NCBI RefSeq assembly: GCF_006345805.1
Contig: NW_021834565.1
Location: 1-55,999, forward strand
Direction: 5' to 3'
DNA from: Octopus sinensis
Lineage: Eukaryota
DNA: 55,999 bases
Position numbers and translations under genes: made by a program. Positions 12,601 through 25,722 of the stretch are shown here, piece after piece. The notes beneath the pieces were generated by a model, which had not been told where the DNA came from, made no database searches, and saw only the letters and a list, made by a program, of their open reading frames with translations. Every line of letters begins with the position of its first letter. The first letter of the stretch is position 1.

Positions 12601-14566
12601 AAAAAAGGAAAGAAATATGTGGAGGAGCAAAATGTAAGGAACGACCCAAAGTGTCGAAAGACATCGGAATATTTTATAAAAACGTCCTCAACAAAAATTA
12701 AATGGTTGAGAAAACTACATCAGTATACACGGATGCTCCATCAAATCAAATGAAATAAATCGAGGGTACAACAACACCATACCATGATACCAACATTCCC
12801 AGAAAATATGTTGGGAAGAAGTAATGTGAATCCTAAATTATCCATGTTTGGCTCCCTCCAAACACAACATGTGTGAAACCAAGGATCACTGGGGAGAAGA
12901 TATATTTCCATGGATATTCCGACTGACCCCCTCCCCACCATTCAGGTTTTATTTATGATTCCTCGTGATATGTAGATTCTGATCCTTTGATTTCGATTGT
13001 ATTCCATAATTGTGAATGTATTCATTGACATTTACATTCCCACTGCCCCCCCCCCTTTTTATTAGACTCAGATCATATTTATGATTTTTTTAAAGACATT
13101 CAGATATCATATTTATTATTGAGAAGCACTTTCCCATACTTAGTCAGATTGTATTTAAAATTATAACTATACCTACTTAAAAATCACTCTTTCAAAAACA
13201 TAGCCATACACGGCTAAATATAAAAAAATAACATCTGGAATTTTAATTTTAAAAAATTGACCAGATCCATACAACCACTCACTCCCCCTTGCATTAATGA
13301 ATACAAAAGAATTAATAGAACAAGACCTTGAAACGTAATTATAATTCTTACTGGAGAAATCAAAACCAGCATCTGGTTTTCCAATTAAAAACTTCGACCA
13401 CTTGAATACAAAAATTCCTTTTCTACCCCACCATAACGCCACTAAGTGGACAAACAGCAGCATATTGAATCCTAATCAAACAAGTTTGACCCCCACTGAT
13501 GCAAAATCCACGCCTCCTTCACCTCCCGCTGCCTCTGAAACTTTCTTTCTTTTCTCTTCCTTCGCAACCCCAAAGATAACAAGAATACAATCCCAATACA
13601 CACTCCTACTTTTTTTTCTCTTCATTATCTCTTACTCTTTCCTCTTCTCTCACCTCTGCATTATCCTTTCTAATTTGTTCCTCTCCCTCTCTCTCCCTCT
13701 CTCTCCCTCTCCCTCTCTCTCCCTCTCCCTCTCACTCTTTCTCCCTTTACTAAAACATCATTAGTTTCAATTTTATATAAGATGGTGGAGCAAACTTAAA
13801 ATAAACCACTTTTTTGATGAATCCGATAACAGAAGAAAGCGCTCAAAATGTAAATAATAAATATAATCATCCGACATTCTGACTACTTTGTACATGGTGC
13901 GGCAACATAAAGCGAAAAGAGACTCATGTGCGAATTACGATGTCACGATATTTATGAAACCGCGTTCTCAATATAAAAGTTAGAAAATGTACAAAATGTG
14001 ACCTTCAACTTTGAATAAGTCAATTCATTATAATACGCTTCTTACCAATATATATATATATAAAAAACCTCTTTCACACTGCATGCAAATTACCCTGGTA
14101 ATAATAAAAACTGGATTTATGACGAAGTCGAATCTATATAACAACGAAAGTACGATATTGAAATATGATACGCGTTATGATACACACATTAATGGAATAG
14201 TTATCCGAATTAAACAAATTGTTACTAAATTATTTTTGATTGATTACTTGTAAATTTATAAAAATTATCATTCATAGATTGACATTAGTATTTGTACACA
14301 ACTGTTTTGTTAAAACTGAGTATACGATAATTAAACTTAATTAATTATTAATATAACTTAATTTCGATGAACTAACGAATTTTTTTGTGACAAAAAGATA
14401 CCGTAGAATGTACAACATATAATGATTCCAATATTTTTGGACAACAATGTTAGTCCCTTACTATTTAAGGTTTATTATATCATTTTGTAACCCTTTTGTG
14501 CGCGCGCAATTTTCAATTCGAGTTCCGTGCTTTTTAAGGCAACGCTTGTAATATTTTATATACGTA

Positions 14567-14979
14567 GGCGCAGGAGTGGCTGTGGTAAGTAGCTTGCTAA
14601 CCAACCACATGGTTCCGGGTTCAGTCCCACTGCGTGCATCTTGGGCAAGTGTCTTCTGCTATAGCCCCGGGCCGACCAATGCCTTGTGAGTGGATTTGGT
14701 AGACGGAAACTGAAAGAAGCCTGTCGTATATATGTGTATATATATAAGTGTGTGTGAATATGTTTGTGTGTCTGTGTTTGTTCCGCTAGCATTGCTTGAC
14801 AACCTATGCTGGTGTGTTTACGTCCCCGTCACTTAGCGGTTCGGCAAAAGAGACCGATAGAATAAGTACTGGGCTTACAAAGAATAAGTCCCGGGGTCGA
14901 TTTGCTCGACTAAAGGCGGTGCTCCAGCATGGCCGCAGTCAAATGACTGAAACAAGTAAAAAGAGTAAAGAGTAAAGAG
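14567..14979 (+). mobile_element. tRNA-derived SINE family A, full length
   Basis: A box TGGCTGTGTGG, B box GGTTCAGTCC, MIR/CORE-like CTTGGGCAAGTG segment, internal microsatellite, AAAGAGT tail. Confidence 0.92.
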
Positions 14980-15380
14980 TACCGTATTTCTCCTAATGAT
15001 GTGGCAGCCTCTAATAAACTGACACCCAGCGCCGTATTTGTTTATTATCATGCGGAGAGATACTGAACAGCAGCTAGTACATTATAAAGAAATGTATTTT
15101 TATAAATATTAATAATATTAATTTTTAGAAAATCATTACTAAAATCTAAAATGACATACCATGCAACGAAGAGAAAGCGAAAGTGAGTAAGACAAAATTC
15201 CCGAAGACAGCTGCATGCCAAACTAGCGTTCATCGGTTGATGATGATTGAAAATTAACCTAACACGATCACCACGCAAACAGCCACGACCCCATTACACT
15301 TACATTCGCAACCGAGGCATATATTGCCAAACACTCAGTAGACTCGACTATAACACTTTGTTGTCGGTCACTGCGTGCCT

Positions 15381-15420
<40 letters not shown>

Positions 15421-15634
15421 TAGATAGATAGATTTATCAAAAGAAAAACTGGATGCAAAGTATTTAACATCCTGTTTTTCTTTTGATAAATATACCTTAT
15501 CACCTACACCACTAACTGGCATATACAGGTGCTTACAGTTATCAAGTATTCACCCGGTATTCACCCTGAATCTTTTATATATAGATATATATAGATATAG
15601 ATATATACATGTACATATACATATACATATACAT

Positions 15635-15688
<54 letters not shown>

Positions 15689-16114
15689 AGAGAGAGAGAG
15701 AGAGAGAGAGAGTCAGGCATATAGATAGACAGATAGTTAGACATATATATATATATACAAATCTAAGCGCATTTTTATGAGACCAGTATGATGATACTGA
15801 ACACATTTTCAGTAGTGATTTAATCGAGATCACAATTGAATATCGTTTCTGTAGCACAGATACTTAGAAGACATGTTTGGTTATCACTAATTGTTATCTT
15901 ACCTTTATTTGATATAACATGCAGTCATCCATAAAATGCTTACGTATAACATTTTGGCACGAAATAAAACATCTGTCTGATATGTCTATGAAGCCTGGAA
16001 CACAAAAGATTCTATTTCGCAGCTTTTTTTTACTGCTTCTGTCGCCAATATAACTTGTACTTACGACATATAGTATCTCTGAGAACGGTTTAAGGAAGAC
16101 CATTCTTGTATATA

Positions 16115-16307
16115 CAGGCGTGGCTGCATGTATAGACGCTGACGTGACTGTGTGGTAAGAAACTTGCCTCCCAACCACATTGTTCTGAGTTCTGTCCCAC
16201 TGCGTGGAACCTTAAGCTAAGGTCTTCTATTACAGCCTTGTGAGTAGATATGGTAGATGGAAACTGAAACAAGCCCGTCGTGTATATATATACACACACA
16301 CATAAAT

Positions 16308-16338
<31 letters not shown>

Positions 16339-16348
16339 CATGCATACA

Positions 16349-16382
<34 letters not shown>

Positions 16383-16390
16383 CATATATA

Positions 16391-16423
<33 letters not shown>

Positions 16424-16530
16424 CTAGGTGTATATAGTTATATTTGTGTCTCTGTGTCTGTTTTCTCCCCACTATCGCTTGACAACTGATGTTAGTGTAT
16501 ATTCGTCCCAGTAACCAAGCAGTTCGGCAA
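16115..16530 (+). mobile_element. SINE family A, degenerate
   Basis: Same head, GGAAACTGAAACAAGCCCGTCG, and CGCTTGACAACTGATG. Confidence 0.8.
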
Positions 16531-16541
16531 ATTGGTACATA

Positions 16542-16609
<68 letters not shown>

Positions 16610-16956
16610 AGAATTTTCAACTTACGTGAATATGACATTTATAAATGCGACATAAATGCGACATCTATATACGGAATTGGAATCATGAACTAGTTAAGTG
16701 TGCTTCAAGAGGTTATAGGTTGGATTATAATGCTACCTATATAATGTTCTTCTAATTGTTCGGTATAATTTCATTATACGTTCTTTTAGCGATTTCTGCT
16801 GTTAAACCTCTAAAATGGGAAAAAATACATTTGGATGTTTCGCTAAAAGATTTTCCATTACCAACAAAAGCTGAGCTATATATAAACGCTTCATCTCAAT
16901 GTAAATTTTGTTCCTCGTATTAGCTAATGAAACATGTGTTATGGCGAATAATAATA

Positions 16957-16987
<31 letters not shown>

Positions 16988-17132
16988 TATATTCAGTTAT
17001 TTATATGTATATGTATATATATTCATGTAAATATATACGCAGGTACAAATCTAAATATGTATACATACATATATATATACGTGTATATGTATGTATGTAT
17101 ATATATATATACATACAACACACCACGCATAC

Positions 17133-17183
<51 letters not shown>

Positions 17184-17224
17184 TACATACATAGATACGT
17201 GTATAGCTTGACAGCTAGTTTACA

Positions 17225-17390
17225 ATTTTTTCTTTCTCTCTCTGTTTATTTTCTCTTCTTCCTTTCTGTTGAAGAGCGTAGGCTCGAAACGTTAAAGACT
17301 TCCTTATTTTCCTGAGCGTCAAACTATACACTTGCTTGTTGTTCGCACACCTGTCTTCGTCTCTTATTTTCCTATAAATTTCAACTACAT
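17225..17390 (+). mobile_element. Penelope-like terminal repeat fragment with a degenerate hammerhead (17262-17297)
   Basis: CTTT-CTGTTGA-A-GAGC GTAG GCTC-GAAAC GTT-AAAG; A6 changed to U; (TA)n on both sides. Confidence 0.6.
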
Positions 17391-17398
17391 ATTATATA

Positions 17399-17474
<76 letters not shown>

Positions 17475-17475
<1 letters not shown>

Positions 17476-17740
17476 TTATATAATTAGGGCTTAGTAAAAT
17501 AAATTACTTTGCCATATACTGAACTTGATAGAAATAGCAGCCAAAAAAAGGTTTTTTAGCTATTTCTACTACTTAAAGAAAATTTCTCTCAGATAATGTT
17601 TATATATTAGTAAACATTATCTGAGAGAAATTTTCTTTAAGTAGTAGAAATAGCTAAAAAAAAACTTTTTTTGGCTGCTATTTCTATCAAGTTCAGTATG
17701 TGGCAAAGTAATTTATTTTACTAAGCCCTAATTATATAAT
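17475..17740. repeat. Near-perfect 128 bp inverted repeat with an 8 nt loop
   Basis: 17475-17602 vs 17611-17740; differences limited to one transition and homopolymer length. Confidence 0.95.
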
Positions 17741-17831
17741 GTAATATTTTGAATTCGCCTTAAATGGTCCTTTTACATACTGAATACTTGGTGAAATTGA
17801 TTAATAACTAATTAATTTTACCCTCAATTGT

Positions 17832-17873
<42 letters not shown>

Positions 17874-18593
17874 TAATGTATGTATGTATGTATACATATA
17901 TATATAAGTATATATAAATACATATATGCTTATATATATATATATATATACATACATATATAAGTATATATAAATAAATAAATATATATATATGTATCTA
18001 TGAATCTATATATTTTTTTATTCCATTTGATTAATTTCCATTTACACGAGGCGCCTCCTATGTTATTGATGTCCCCCGCACTTCCAAGTTGCCCCCCCCC
18101 CCTGCCAACCATTCTCCACTCATTATACCGCCACAAAACAACTATCACTACCAATGCCACCACCACCACCACTGCTACCACCACCGCTACCACCACCATC
18201 GTTATCACTATCATCACCTTCAATATCATGCTACAGGACGGCGTCTATCACCACCTCCACCACTGACACCAACACCACCAACACCACTCCTACTAACAAC
18301 AACAACAACAATTACGGCAACAGCAGTAGCAACAACATGAACATTCACAATTACAACTTATCAATTACTCTGTTATTTTCCTCCGAAAACCTCAAAGCAT
18401 AAAAACAAAACACATTTTGAACGTGTTCCACAGAAATTGGTTCTCCCTCTACCTTGTTCTCTGCCTTTCTTTCTTTCTCTCTATCCTATCTTTCTCTCTT
18501 TCTTTCTTTCTTCGCCTAATCACAAAACATCCTTCTATCTTTCTAAGTCGCATACATCTCCCCCGCACCTCAGAGCTCCTTCCTTCACCGTTT

Positions 18594-18626
<33 letters not shown>

Positions 18627-19259
18627 CTCTCTTTCTCTCTCTTTCTCTCCCCCTCTCTCTCTCTCTCTCTTCTTTCTTTCTCTCTCAGCCATTTTACTTT
18701 CCATTGATATCACGCCATATTTGACCAGCCTGAATTCCAATCCCCCCCTATTTACAAACAGTTGTAATTATCGTCACCAATCAACAAGATCTTGCCCTAA
18801 TTAATGAACGGTCCATTTATTATACTGTTCAACCAATTAACTTTCACATTTTAGGGTAAAATCATAGCTGAATTGATCTTTTCCGAAACTATATCAAAAC
18901 TAACAACAGCCGATGTACTGTCGCCATCTTGACTTAATTCAGAAACAGATGAAAAAGAAACAGGATCTGAGGGAGGCCAATTATGTCCTTTTTACGTGGG
19001 CACGATGACTAACTTTTCATGTCAGAAACATGAGCAAGAGTCGCTCATGAGTGTCTTACATGTTTTGACTTGATAAAGCTAATGCCTGTCGTTGGCCTTG
19101 AGCCAACGATGTGGTGTTCTATGTGGTTGATCGCTTAAATAGAGGAAGGACAACTTTAAGTGTGTCGTCCTCAAAAACGCCTGCAATCGATGAAATGGTC
19201 ATTGGGTAGAGGGCATTTGTTAATAGGTTTACAGGCTCAATGAAGGCCTAAAATTGAAC

Positions 19260-19392
19260 AAGAAAACAGAAGAAGAAGAAGAAGAAGAAGAAGAAGAAGA
19301 AGAAGAGAAGAAGAAGAAGAAGAAGAAAAGAAGAAGAAGAAGAGCAACAACAACAACAACAATAACAACAATAATGACGACGGCGACAACTA

Positions 19393-19438
<46 letters not shown>

Positions 19439-19439
19439 T

Positions 19440-19472
<33 letters not shown>

Positions 19473-19510
19473 CGATGATGATGATGACGACGACGATGAT
19501 GATGATGATA
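19260..19510. repeat. (GAA)n, (CAA)n and (GAT)n compound microsatellite
   Basis: Directly visible. Confidence 0.95.
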
Positions 19511-19946
19511 TGTAGTTAAGACCCGGCACAGAGACGGTTTTATAATATTAATTTGATGAGATACACAGAAATATTAATCCTAGATAAGTCGATAGTTTTT
19601 CGTAAAGAAATTCGCCGAAGTCTTCCAACCTTCTGGCGAAATATTGTTATCATAAGGCAATAAAGAATTACATGGACTTCCCACTTATAAATACAATAAA
19701 AGGCCGGGTCTTTATAGGAAATTGAACATACGACTATTTTTCTTATTTCTTTGTTTAGCATCTACGAAGTGAAACAGCTTTAGTTGAAGTCTGTGAGGTG
19801 TGGCACAGCAAAATCTGGAAGCATTCTACTGTGTTTTCTTAACTAAACAGAAAAGTTTCTTAGAGATTTATTTCAGAGATTAGTGTCCCCTTCTCTGAGC
19901 AAATGCGCCGCAATTCTTCGACTAAAAACCTTAATCGCTATATATT

Positions 19947-20166
19947 TATTTCTTTATTGCCCACAGAGGGGTAAACATAAAGGGGACAAACAAGGGGATT
20001 AAGTCGATTACATCGACCCCAGTGCGTAACTAGTTCTTATTTAATTGACCCTGAAAGGATGAAAGGCAAAGAGAACCTCGGTGGAATTTGAACTCAGAAC
20101 ATAACGGCAGACGAAATACCACTAAGCATTTCGCCCGGCGTGCTAACGATTCTGCCAGCTCGCCGC
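19947..20166 (-). mobile_element. SINE family B
   Basis: Reverse complement of the 8007-8237 monomer. Confidence 0.9.
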
Positions 20167-20851
20167 ACTTATATATATTGCAATAGTTTATTAGAATTGC
20201 GACTCTGTATACTAGGACAATCTTTTATCCGCCGTTTATGTGGCTTTGTTGTGTATTGAGTAACCCGTTGTTTTCTTCTGAACAAACGAACCCATGAGAG
20301 TTTTTCTTCTTATCTTCTAAAATTGCTTCAGTTATATTCGCCTTTCCCGGGATGTTACTTTTTATTCCAATCACCCGACAGTTTGTTAAATAACGATTTC
20401 ATCAGACAGAAAACAAGGTTATTTTGATAAGGAAGTTTCTTTCCAGATATTACGATCTACCTTAGTCTGGCTCTTCGACTCATAATGGGGTTGTTGGGAC
20501 GCTGTGGTGACATTCGGCGTCTCTTAGGCATTATTTTAGACCAGGTAGAACCCAGAAACAGAGAAATAAACAGAACGATAGAGAGGAGAAGATAGATTGA
20601 TTGATAAACCGTAGGATCACTACTTTATTTATCGATACCAAAAGAGTGAAAGGAAAAGCTGGTCGCAGCTGGATTTGAAACCAGAGCACGGAGAGCAAAA
20701 GCAAATATTGCAAGGATAGTCTACCGAATCACCCAGTTTGCTGCCATTTTGTAGAATATGCTGCATACAGAACGCTATACTTTGATTTTAATATCTATTC
20801 TCTGGAGTTTAACGAGAGATATTCAGCAACAGTACTTTGGAGTAAAGATTG

Positions 20852-21035
20852 TTTGCCAGCATAACATGGCAGTCCTGATTAGGACGAATGTTGCTATTAT
20901 TTAGCCACAGTAGATATTGTTTTGAGCTGAATTGGGGTGCTAGATTCGCTTGTTAGAAAATATAAGGACACAGATCGTGTCGTATATTACAGCAACATTC
21001 GTCCAAAACCAGGACTGCCATGTTATGTTGGCAAA
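20852..21035. mobile_element. MITE-like element with about 44 bp inverted repeats
   Basis: TTTGCCAGCATAACATGGCAGTCCTG..GGACGAATGTTGCT vs AGCAACATTCGTCC..CAGGACTGCCATGTTATGTTGGCAAA. Confidence 0.65.
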
Positions 21036-21574
21036 TTATTTTTATTTTCTGGAGGACACAGAACTCTTAGAGAAATAGCTTCAGCTTACAATACAAGCAT
21101 TCGTAGAGTGTCACAAAGGTAAGAATGGTCACATGATTAATTTCAATCAATTGAGATTATTTATGCGATTAATAGGGGAAAATGTTTTAACTTTACGGGT
21201 ATTTAAAATTTTTAGAAAATCAAACAAAAGGGGTTACTCTTATTAGATCAGTTAATTAAAATGCTCAGAAAATAGAGGTGATACAGACAGAAGTAGCTCT
21301 GGTTTAAAAGCCAACGGATGGCGTTCATTGATGAAGTGGAACGAGGAACGGCTGATGCTAGAATTAATAACTCAAAGGACTAGGGTTCGATTCCTGATGA
21401 CCACAACTTCATTCCGTTGAAACCGAGGTTCCCTTGTTACAATTGTTGTTGTTTAACCCACAAGTTAGCTTTGATTGAACACGAGTATGATCAAGAGCGT
21501 TCCAGCCGTGACACACACAATTTCCTGTTTCAGAGTAAATTATTTAATGTGGTGACCGTTTTTAAAATGTATCA

Positions 21575-22244
21575 AAGTAGCGAGTTGGCAGAAACGTTAG
21601 CACGCCGGGCGAAATGCTTAGAGGTATTTCGTCTGTCTTTACGTTCTGAGTTCAATTTCCACCAAGGTAGAATTTACGTTTCATCCTTTCGGGGTCGATA
21701 AATTAAGTACCAGTTACGCACTGGGGTCGATGTAATCGACTTAATCCCCTTGTCTGTCCTTGTTTGTTCTCTCTATGTTTAGCCCCCTGTAGGCAATAAA
21801 GAAATAAGAAACCTTGGCACGCCCGTGCGAAATGCGTAGCCGTATTTCGTCTGCCGTTAGGTTCTGAGTTCAAATTCCGCCGAGGTCGACTTTGCCTTTT
21901 ATCATTTCGAGATCGATAATTTGAGTACCATTTGCATACTGTGGTCGATCTAATTGACTGGCCCCTCCCACCAAAATTCGAGCCTTGTGCCTAGAGTAGA
22001 AACATTATTTAAAAGGCGGCGAGCTGGCAGAATCGTTAGCGCGTTGGACGAAATGCTTAGCGGTATTTTGCCCGTCGCTGGATTCTGAGTTCAAATTCCG
22101 ACGAGGTCAACTTTGCCTCTCATCCTTTCGGGGTCGATAATTAAAGTACCAGTTTCACACTGGGGACAATGTAATCGACCTAATCCGTTTGTCTGTCCTT
22201 GTTTGTCCCCTCTATGTTTAGCCCCTTGCGGGCAATAAAGAAAT
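21575..22244 (+). mobile_element. Three tandem family B/B2 SINEs
   Basis: Monomers at about 21575-21809, 21810-22003 (B2 tail GTGCCTAGAGTAGAAA) and 22015-22244. Confidence 0.9.
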
Positions 22245-22299
22245 ATATAGTTATTTTTTTATTGTGAAACAAAGCGTTGCTGCTCCTGCTGCTAGTTAG

Positions 22300-22650
22300 T
22301 TAAATTTTTGGCTCAAAAAGCAAAAAGCAAGGCCATGTAGGGGGACATGGAGTTATGTACAGGGTGGTGTTCATGTAAAGAGTTCAGGCCACTTGTGGTC
22401 AAGGGAGACTTTGAACCGAGCGGTCGTCGGCATCTTCACCATCTCGTCCGGCAGCTTATTCCACGTATCCGCAACCCGGACGGAGAAAGCCCCTCTCCTT
22501 CGATTGAGATGAAATCGTCGCAGATAGAGCTTTTCGGAATGACCCCACAACCGACGCTCTGGAGCAGGAGTGAAGAACAGCTCTTTCGAGAGGTTACACT
22601 TTCCGCTTATGATGTTGTGAGCAAGAATGAGATCACCACGGCGTCGTCGT
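22300..22650 (-). mobile_element. CR1-clade LINE 3' end (5'-truncated), open frame 22649-22371
   Basis: Hand translation RRRRGDLILAHNIISGKCNLSKELFF...RLWGHSEKLYLRRFHLNRRRGAFSVRVADTWNKLPDEMVKMPTTARFKVSLDHKW*; RRRGDLI and FS.RV...WN.LP are CR1 C-terminal motifs. Confidence 0.88.
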
Positions 22651-23790
22651 TGATGTTGTTTGTTGTCGTTGTCCTTGTGTTTACAGACTTTCCAGATTTT
22701 CTTGCTTTTTCCTTTGATTTCTTTATGAAGTGTTGTTGTTGCTGCTAGTGTTGCTAATGTTTATGTTACTGTTGCGTTACTGCTGTTACTGGTGCTGCTG
22801 CAGTCGTTGTTCTTATGGATGTTGTTACTGTCGCTAATATTTTTATTACTGCTGCTGTTGTTGTTATTGCTAACGTTGCTGTTGTTGTTGTTCGTTTTTG
22901 CTAATGCTGTTGTTCCTGTTATTGGTGCCCCTGCTGTTGTTGCTGCAGTGTCTGCTGCATTTAATGCAGATGCCAATGTTGCTAACATCGTTGTTGCTGC
23001 TGTTTTTGTGGCTCTGAACATTGCTAATGCTGTTGTTCTTCCTAATATTACTACCGCTCAATATATTGCTGCTAATAATGCTAACGTTGTCATTACTGAA
23101 GCGTGTTATCAATACTGTTGCTAACACAAGTGCAATTGCCAAACCCATTCATATTATTGATAGCTGTTGCTAATTCTGTTGCGATTCCTATTTCTGCTGG
23201 CGTTGTTCGACTTCATAGGCTTATCTTGTCTACAACTCTATATGTAATGTTAACATTTCTCTTGTTGCTATTGTTTATGTTGCTAATATTATAATATAAT
23301 GTTCGTCCGTCGTTGCCGACGATGACCAAATATTATTGTTTTTTGTGATTATCATTGTTATTTTTCTTGTTTTTACTGTAGTATTTTTCTTTTTGTTCTT
23401 GTTTACATTGCTGTTATTAATAGTGATGGTCGTTGCTGTGGTGGCGATTGTAGTGGTGGTGGTGGTGGTGTGGTGACAGTGATAGTGTAGCGGTGCTGGT
23501 ATCAGTGGCATTGGTGCTAGTTGTTGTAGTGGTGATGGTGGTGATGGTAGGAAGAGTAGTGTCAATAGTAGTAGTAGTAGTAGTAGTATGGTGTTGCTGT
23601 CAAGTTTGTTGTAGCTGTTGTTGTTGATGTTGCTATTGCTGTTGTTGAGCCGGCGTCATATACCCTACCCCCGCCCGTCCCCACACCACCAAACCACTAC
23701 CACCGCCGCCGCCGCCACTGCTTCTGTGTCTCCTACTCCACCACTTCCCACCACCACCACCACCATCACCGCCACCACCCCTCCCGCTCT
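22650..23790. repeat. Degenerate (GTT/GCT/GGT/CCA) low-complexity tract
   Basis: Directly visible. Confidence 0.85.
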
Positions 23791-23927
23791 CTCAATCCCT
23801 CCCCCAACCCTCCCCCCTTCTTCCAAGTACTTTCACTAAAAGTCGGCTGGCATCACATAATTGCTCTATAATTATCTGTCTTTCATTCCATTTCTTTTCA
23901 ACTCTTTTTACTCACTCACACACCTAC

Positions 23928-23961
<34 letters not shown>

Positions 23962-24094
23962 ATACTCAGTCTCGAGCCAACTCCGTTACTCCACAGATCC
24001 TCACTCCACACCACCCCCACTCACCGTCACTTACCTCCATACCACTCAACCATTCAACTTCACTCAACTTAATACACTTAGATTTTTTCTTCAT

Positions 24095-24235
24095 GTGGAG
24101 GTGAGTGGCCTAGTGGTGAAGAAGTTTGACTCACGGCCATGAGATCACGAGTTCAATTTCTGAGCGGAGCAACGTGTAATGTCCTTGAAGTAGGCATTTC
24201 GTTTCAGGTTGAACCAGTTTACTCTGCTGCAAACC
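24095..24235 (+). mobile_element. SINE family D head, degenerate
   Basis: GTGGCCTAGTGGT...GAGTTCAATTTC...GTCCTTGAAG matches the 43181 element head. Confidence 0.6.
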
Positions 24236-24395
24236 GTATCCAAAATCTTCACCGTAATCGTTTTTTCCGTGGGAAGATACACTGGAAGAAATTTCGCCAT
24301 ATAGGAATCTTCACAACAATACAAATTCGCCGCATGGACAATGGCAAAGAGTATTATATCAGTAATCTTAAAATAAAAGAAAAAAAGCGAGAATA

Positions 24396-24546
24396 TTCTT
24401 TTATTCTTTCATTCGTTTCAGTCATTTGACTGTGGCCATGCTGGAGCACCGTCTTAGTCGAACAAATCGACCCCAGGACTTATATTTGTAAGCCTAGTAC
24501 TTATTCTATTGGTTCCTTTTTGCCGAACTGCTAAGTTACAGGGACG

Positions 24547-24549
<3 letters not shown>
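24396..24549 (-). mobile_element. SINE family A, 3' half
   Basis: Reverse complement of TTACGTCCC...GAAACGAATGAAAG. Confidence 0.85.
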
Positions 24550-24629
<80 letters not shown>

Positions 24630-24637
<8 letters not shown>

Positions 24638-25683
24638 GAGATAGGGGTTGTAAATTCAACCATCCATGGGATAACATATATCCAATATACTGCTAGAGAA
24701 GTACCCAGCAAAGCTAATACATAAATGTTAAAAATTGCGATGCAATTAATTCATCTACTGCATTATGTGGTCAAAGGTAAAATTATTACCGTAAATTAAT
24801 AATACAAAATCAGAAAATGGAGAAACATACCTTAATCAATCATCAACCATCAGATAATACCCAATCAATACTTTATTAAACCATTACACCACAGCAATGA
24901 TATTATACATTGATATAGTACAAATATAACAAGACATAGAAATAGAAATAGAAAATACATTTACATTGTAGCTGACAGCTGTTTCGGCCGTGAATACAGG
25001 TATGTCCCATTTAACCTATTAGCCATATAAAGCAGGTATAAATGAGACATTAACAAGAATGTCTCACGGCCTCTTCAGAGAATTTAATGTAAGTATGAAA
25101 AAAATTTACATATAAATATAAATATGTGTGCATACACACTCATATTCCTACATATATATATATATACACAATAATACAATATAAACAATATAGAACAATA
25201 TACATTAACAAACACAATAGTGTTCCATATTGAACTCCACAGCTCTATAACCAACATTAAGGTAATACAACATGTACACTCACATTTAAAGCAGGCATAT
25301 ATATTGAACAGTCCAATCTATTAAAATGTGTTACCACACAAAAAGTCAATAAAATTGATATTAATATTAATAATAATAATGACAACCACTATTTGTACCA
25401 TCCAAAGCAAGCGGACATCCACATATATACTCAATCAGTCGAATTCCTCTGCCCGCATATTATATGGCTAATAGGTTAAATGGGACATACCTGTCTTCAC
25501 GGCCGAAACAGCTGTCAGCTACAATGTAAATGTATTTTCTATTTCTATTTCTATGTCTTGTTATATTTGTACTATATCAATGTATAATATCATTGCTGTG
25601 GTGTAATGGCTTAATAAAGTATTGATTGGGTATTATCTGATGGTTGATGATTGATTTAGGTATGTTTCTCCATTTTCTAATTT

Positions 25684-25690
<7 letters not shown>
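24630..25690 (-). mobile_element. Penelope-like element with 229 bp inverted terminal duplication, inserted in (TA)n
   Basis: 24802-25030 and 25460-25688 are inverted copies (about 4 mismatches by eye); hammerhead-like motif at 25080-24972; (TA)n flanks. Confidence 0.7.
24972..25080 (-). ncRNA. Hammerhead-like motif with extended stem II
   Basis: CT-CTGAAGA-GGCCGTGA...70 nt...TCACGGCC-GAAAC AGCT GTC-AG; 8 bp stem II, palindromic ACAGCTGT stem III, GUC site; stem I only 2 bp. Confidence 0.55.

Positions 25691-25720
<30 letters not shown>

Positions 25721-25722
<2 letters not shown>

Noticed and set aside
12741-13463. Short minus-strand ORFs in non-repetitive sequence, possibly an old LINE
   Set aside because: No RT or endonuclease motif could be identified by eye.
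20937-21125. 61 aa ORF ending at an AAG|GTAAGA splice-donor-like site
   Set aside because: Overlaps a MITE inverted repeat; no acceptor or homology support.
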